A DNA stretch of 64,000 nt from an uncultured Clostridia bacterium (GTDB lineage Bacteria > Bacillota > Clostridia > Christensenellales > UBA1242): contig CALWJU010000041.1 of the NCBI GenBank assembly GCA_944381105.1, positions 1,217 through 65,216 on the forward strand, read 5' to 3'. Under the pieces are notes generated by a model, which was given only the letters and a program-made list of their open reading frames with translations, searched no databases and was not told the origin of the DNA. The translations under genes were made by a program, and so were the position numbers. Shown piece after piece: positions 59,932-64,000 of this stretch (its first letter is position 1; each line of letters starts with the position of its first letter).

Positions 59932-60762
59932 TTATTTCTCATCTTCATCTAACAAATCGGAAACTGTTAAATTATAAGAAGAATATAGATTTTCAATACC
60001 ATTTAGGTCATCTTTAAATTTATTAAAATCACTTGCAACCTTTATAAAATTTTTATATTGTTTATCACTATTTGTCAAAAAATCTTGTCTATTATATAGA
60101 TATGCCAAAAAGCCCATTCCGTAAAACCTCTTGCTTAATGTGTCCATGTTTGCATATTTATAACCCCTTTCTTGTTTTAAGATAGGTTTTTTAGATAGAA
60201 TTACTCTATCCTTTTTTATATCTTCTTGTGAAATTTTCTGCATCTCCATAAAGTTGAATACTTTATAATACAAATCTTTTTCCATAACCATATAACTTGA
60301 AGCATCAAATACATATTCTTTATCATATAACTTGAATGTACATATTGAATGAAATAAGCCATTATTTATTCTAAAAGGATTGATTGAACCAAACACTAAT
60401 TTTACCTTTTGCTGAGAGTTAAGCGCAAAATAGTAGGCACATTTATGACATTCAGACTCTTCACAATCAACATCCTTAAAAAGTCTATTTGCTGGAATAA
60501 ATCTACCCTTACCAAAAACTTTATCTATACTGAACCAACCATCTTTTTCTTTCTTTATGTTCTTGTTAACATAATCTTTATAAACTTTACTTGTTACCTT
60601 TTCATTGTAATATAATTTTTTGCAAAAAATAGGAACCATAAAGCAAAAGACTTCACGTTCCTTTAATGGATGCTCCATTGCTTTTTGATATGTATAATAG
60701 GAATAGGAAGTCTCTTCAAGCAGTCTCTTTTTTAAAAACTTTTCACAATCATATATTTTCAT
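59932..60762 (-). CDS. hypothetical protein, possible Cys-His-Asp (transglutaminase/papain-like) fold
   Basis: 276-aa ORF with ordered C (KCAYYFA), H (LFHSICTF) and D (YVFDAS). Promoter -10 lies 7 nt from the ATG, with no SD. Confidence 0.55.
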   Translation of the reverse strand: MKIYDCEKFLKKRLLEETSYSYYTYQKAMEHPLKEREVFCFMVPIFCKKLYYNEKVTSKVYKDYVNKNIKKEKDGWFSIDKVFGKGRFIPANRLFKDVDCEESECHKCAYYFALNSQQKVKLVFGSINPFRINNGLFHSICTFKLYDKEYVFDASSYMVMEKDLYYKVFNFMEMQKISQEDIKKDRVILSKKPILKQERGYKYANMDTLSKRFYGMGFLAYLYNRQDFLTNSDKQYKNFIKVASDFNKFKDDLNGIENLYSSYNLTVSDLLDEDEK

Positions 60763-60769
60763 TACCTAT

Positions 60770-60798
60770 ATTTTACTACAACTTTTGTTTTTAGTCAA
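60770..60798 (-). promoter_or_regulatory. promoter TTGACT-17-TAAAAT, 7 nt from the ATG at 60762
   Basis: Minus-strand TTGACT (60798-60793) and TAAAAT (60775-60770). The -35 lies within the promoter-proximal copy of the 22-bp-phased repeat. Confidence 0.45.
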
Positions 60799-60846
60799 TA
60801 TCAAATTTGAATTAAGTCAATATCCTATGTTTGTTTAGTCAATATC
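60793..60846. repeat. three direct repeats AGTCAATATC at an exact 22-bp period
   Basis: Copies at 60793-60802, 60815-60824 and 60837-60846. Flanks are also similar: T(T/A)AGTCAATATC(A/C). Confidence 0.85.
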
Positions 60847-60866
60847 AAAAAAAAGAAAAAAGGATG

Positions 60867-61310
60867 TTAGTCCTTTTTCTCTTTATCTTTCTTAACTTTT
60901 TTTGGCTTTTCTTCCTCTTTTGGAGATTGTTCTACTTTGCTTACAGCACTTTTATCATCACTTTTTAGTTCTTGTTGTGAAGTAGCAATAGCAGAATCGG
61001 TTGTGTTTGCAGAAACTGGTTCTTCATCTTTAATGATAGTATAGATTGAATAAGCATCAATAGATACGTAACCTTTATTTTTGCCTGTACCTGTCTCAAT
61101 GGTAACAATCTTTTTGCTATCCTCTAAATGAAGGTCAACAATAGTCCCATACACACCACTTGTTGTGATAATCTTGTCTCCACGTTTTAAAGAATTTGTT
61201 TGTTCTTGAATTTTTTGATTTTCTTTCTTGTTTCTCACAGAAATCAAAATTGGATAAACAATGATTAAAATCACTATAAAGACAATTAAAATAATTTGAG
61301 TTGCGTCCAT
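60867..61310 (-). CDS. yajC: preprotein translocase subunit YajC with a Lys/Glu-rich C-terminal extension
   Basis: N-terminal TM helix, KRGDKIITTSGVYGTIVDL motif. Confidence 0.85.
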   Translation of the reverse strand: MDATQIILIVFIVILIIVYPILISVRNKKENQKIQEQTNSLKRGDKIITTSGVYGTIVDLHLEDSKKIVTIETGTGKNKGYVSIDAYSIYTIIKDEEPVSANTTDSAIATSQQELKSDDKSAVSKVEQSPKEEEKPKKVKKDKEKKD

Positions 61311-61381
61311 ATTTTCCTCCTAGACTTTTATTTTACTCTATTAGTCTAACACAAATATATTCAATTTCCAAACAAATTAAA

Positions 61382-63121
61382 CTAAATTTTCTTTGTTTTT
61401 ATCTCATTTTCAAGTCTTTCGATAAAATCAGACAGATTTAGACCGCTTTTATTTTCATAACCTCTTCCTCTGATAGAAATAGTACCATTTTTCTCTTCCT
61501 CATCTCCAACAATAATAAGGTAAGGAATTTTCATTGAAAGAGCCTCTCGAATTTTATAACCTATCTTTTCATTTCTAAGGTCGCTCTCAACTCTAAGTCC
61601 CCTATCAAAGAGTTGCTTTCTTATTTTTTCTGCATAGTCATTATTTCTCTCGGTAAGCGATAGTACTCTAACTTGTTCAGGAGCAAGCCAAAGAGGAAAA
61701 GCACCTGCAAAGTTTTCAATCAATATACCCATAAAACGATCGATAGCACCATAGATAACTCTATGAATCATAATAGGTCTATGTTTTTGTCCATCTTCAC
61801 CAACGTATTCAAGTTCAAATCGCTGTGGCAACTGGAAATCAAGTTGGATAGTTCCACACTGCCATGTCCTTCCAAGAGAGTCAGTAAGATGGAAGTCTAT
61901 CTTAGGTCCATAGAAAGCACCATCACCTTCATTTATGACATAATCAAGATTAAGTTCGTCAAGTGCATCCTTTAAACCATTTGTTGCCATCTCCCAATCT
62001 TCATCACTGCCCATACTGTTTTCTGGTCTTGTCGAAAGTTCTACAAAATAACTCAAATTAAATACTTTATAAACTTTGTCAATAAGTGAGACAACACCCT
62101 TAATTTCATCCTTTATTTGACTTGGAGTCATGAAAATATGTGCATCATCCTGTGTAAAACTTCTTACTCTTAACAGCCCACCAAGTTCACCTGATTTTTC
62201 ATATCTGTGAACAATTCCAAGTTCGCCTAGTCTTAAAGGAAGGTCTTTATAAGAGTGAGGCTCATTTTTATATACAAGCACACCGCCTGGACAGTTCATA
62301 GGCTTTATAGCATAGGTTTCATTGTCTATTGTAGAAAGATACATATTTTCTTTGTAGTGATCCCAATGCCCTGATATTTCCCATAGATGACGATTTAGCA
62401 TGATAGGTGTCATAATCTCTTTATATCCTGCCTCTCGGTGAATTTCACGCCAATAGTCTATCAAAAGATTTCTTACTATTGTACCATTTGGAAGATAGAA
62501 AGGAAAGCCTGGTCCCTCAGGAGAAATCATAAATAGTTTAAGTTCTTTGCCAAGTTTTCGATGATCTCTCTTCTTTGCCTCTTCAAGCATAGATAAATGC
62601 TCTGCAAGTTCCTTTTTAGTCTTAAACGCATAGCAATACACTCGTTGAAGCATCTTATTATTTTCATTCCCTCGCCAGTATGCACCATTTACGCTGTGGA
62701 TTTTAAAGCCATAATTTTGCAAGCGTCTTGTTGAGTCTACATGAGGTCCTCTGCATAGGTCAAAAAAGTCATCTCCTGTATAGTACAATGAGACCTCTTC
62801 GCTCTCTGGGAGTTCATTTATAATTTCGCATTTATATTTATTGTCTGCAAAAAGTTTAAGTGCTTCTTCCTTTGAAACTACCTTTCTTGTGAACTCTTCG
62901 CCTTTATTTATTATTTCCTTCATCTTCTTTTCGATTTTGTCGTACTCATCAGGGGTAATTGAATGAGGAAGGTCTATATCATAATAAAATCCGTCCTCGA
63001 TCGCTGGGCCTATTGTAAGTTTTGTCTCTGGGTAAATTTCTACAAGTGCCTTTGCAAGTATATGAGCAAGAGAGTGTCTTGCTTTCATTAATTCTTCATC
63101 TTTTTGTTTTTTAATTTCCAT
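61382..63121 (-). CDS. thrS: threonine--tRNA ligase (no N-terminal TGS domain)
   Basis: Begins at the editing-domain RHSLAHILA motif. Class II core (FRVRSFTQDDAHIF, GTIQLDF) and anticodon-binding domain. Preceded by a Thr T-box. Confidence 0.95.
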   Translation of the reverse strand: MEIKKQKDEELMKARHSLAHILAKALVEIYPETKLTIGPAIEDGFYYDIDLPHSITPDEYDKIEKKMKEIINKGEEFTRKVVSKEEALKLFADNKYKCEIINELPESEEVSLYYTGDDFFDLCRGPHVDSTRRLQNYGFKIHSVNGAYWRGNENNKMLQRVYCYAFKTKKELAEHLSMLEEAKKRDHRKLGKELKLFMISPEGPGFPFYLPNGTIVRNLLIDYWREIHREAGYKEIMTPIMLNRHLWEISGHWDHYKENMYLSTIDNETYAIKPMNCPGGVLVYKNEPHSYKDLPLRLGELGIVHRYEKSGELGGLLRVRSFTQDDAHIFMTPSQIKDEIKGVVSLIDKVYKVFNLSYFVELSTRPENSMGSDEDWEMATNGLKDALDELNLDYVINEGDGAFYGPKIDFHLTDSLGRTWQCGTIQLDFQLPQRFELEYVGEDGQKHRPIMIHRVIYGAIDRFMGILIENFAGAFPLWLAPEQVRVLSLTERNNDYAEKIRKQLFDRGLRVESDLRNEKIGYKIREALSMKIPYLIIVGDEEEKNGTISIRGRGYENKSGLNLSDFIERLENEIKTKKI

Positions 63122-63124
63122 AAA

Positions 63125-63340
63125 TAATCTCCTTTTATAAATAAAAATCGCCCTTAAAATTTAAGGACGATTTGTTAGACCGTGGTTCCACCTTAATTGT
63201 CTTTATAAAAAAGACCACTCATTTATAATCTTATCATCATAGCAGTGGTTTCAGATACATTTTAGCCAAGATTTTTCACCAACCAATCTTTCTCTGTACG
63301 CATCAAATGGTCTTACTTGTCTACTATTCCAAGAACTAGT
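63125..63340 (-). promoter_or_regulatory. T-box riboswitch leader (Thr specifier ACC) with intrinsic terminator
   Basis: On the minus strand: AGAGAAAG..GGTGAAAA stem I elements; GAA-ACC-A specifier (ACC at 63249-63247); T-box AATTAAGGTGGAACCACGG (63198-63180); terminator ATCGTCCTTAA/TTAAGGGCGAT followed by a U-run (63171-63141). Confidence 0.85.
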
Positions 63341-63343
63341 TTC

Positions 63344-63372
63344 ATTTTAGCACCATTAATAATTTTTGTCAA
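63344..63372 (-). promoter_or_regulatory. promoter TTGACA-17-TAAAAT for the thrS leader
   Basis: Minus-strand TTGACA (63372-63367) and TAAAAT (63349-63344). Confidence 0.6.
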
Positions 63373-63455
63373 CTACTTTTGGTTTCTTTTCAAAAAATTT
63401 TATGTTTTGTTATTTTTATTATTTTTTTAATATCATTATACAACTATATTTTCCT

Positions 63456-63995
63456 TTATGACTTAAAAAACATATCCTTTGTATAAATTTTTGCACCACT
63501 CTTATTTATTGTAATACGCTCTTCAAATAGTCTTTCAAGAAGATTTATTGCACTGCTACTTTCCTTGAAATACAGGTTGATTTTTTGCGGAGAAAGGTCT
63601 ATAACATAGGACACAATTGACTCCTCGCTGAAAGTCTTGTTTTGATATTGCGAATTAGGCGAATAGATTTTATAACTTTCTCCCTCTTTCACCACACTTA
63701 TTTCATCCTCACATATATCAAGATTATCTACTAAAAATTTTAGTAAATCAATAAAACTTTCGCTTGAAATTAGGTAGTCGCTATTTTCATTTGAAAGTGA
63801 TACAAGTTCCGCCCATTTTTCTTGTAAAGAATGTAGTCTAAAATGATAGAAAGACTCTAAAAAAAAGTCTTTTTTAAGTTCAAGGCTTTTACTAATGATA
63901 TATTTGTCTGTTTCCTTATCAAAATTTAGTAATGCCTTTTTAAATGCAAGCATACCTATCTTATCTTGACGAGGAAAAATCAAGTAATTATCCAA
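63456..63995 (-). CDS. ytxC: putative sporulation protein YtxC (probably N-terminally truncated by the window edge)
   Basis: Lies immediately upstream of thrS, as ytxC does in Bacillus. 179 aa are visible. Call based on position and general similarity recalled from memory. Confidence 0.5.
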   Translation of the reverse strand: MDNYLIFPRQDKIGMLAFKKALLNFDKETDKYIISKSLELKKDFFLESFYHFRLHSLQEKWAELVSLSNENSDYLISSESFIDLLKFLVDNLDICEDEISVVKEGESYKIYSPNSQYQNKTFSEESIVSYVIDLSPQKINLYFKESSSAINLLERLFEERITINKSGAKIYTKDMFFKS

Positions 63996-64000
63996 AAACT

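Overview
Strongly AT-rich chromosomal segment from an endospore-forming, low-GC Firmicute (Clostridia-like). It carries the full spoIIIAA-AH operon, spoIVB and ytxC. Nearly all of the window is conserved housekeeping DNA in Bacillus/Clostridium-like order: T-box-controlled pheST fused to a cysteine desulfurase and thiI; argR-recN-spoIVB; serS; rny; tgt/queA; ruvCAB; yebC; infC-rpmI-rplT; xseAB-nusB-asp23; efp; the rimP-nusA-ylxR-ylxQ-infB-rbfA-nrnA-truB cluster; rpsB-tsf-frr-uppS-cdsA-rseP; secDF, yajC and T-box-controlled thrS. I saw no mobile element, CRISPR array, tRNA/rRNA gene or recognisable defence system. Items worth a second look: (1) the 530-bp serS upstream region has no T-box but holds two 67-nt tandem repeat units, each with terminator-like structures and an 11-nt box complementary to the serS ribosome-binding region, beside a divergent tyrosine recombinase; (2) recN is interrupted by one in-frame TAG; (3) the polC position holds a 517-aa PolC-N-terminus/OB plus DEDDh exonuclease protein with no polymerase part; (4) four genes have a good promoter -10 only 6-8 nt from the ATG and no Shine-Dalgarno, suggesting leaderless mRNAs; (5) a 780-bp gene-free gap where spo0A normally sits contains an orphan structured element with a terminator; (6) phased direct repeats with 22-bp and 16-bp spacing; (7) an unusually long Phe T-box leader; (8) a membrane-anchored PadR-like protein. 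All functional calls rest on motif recognition by eye; no database search was possible.
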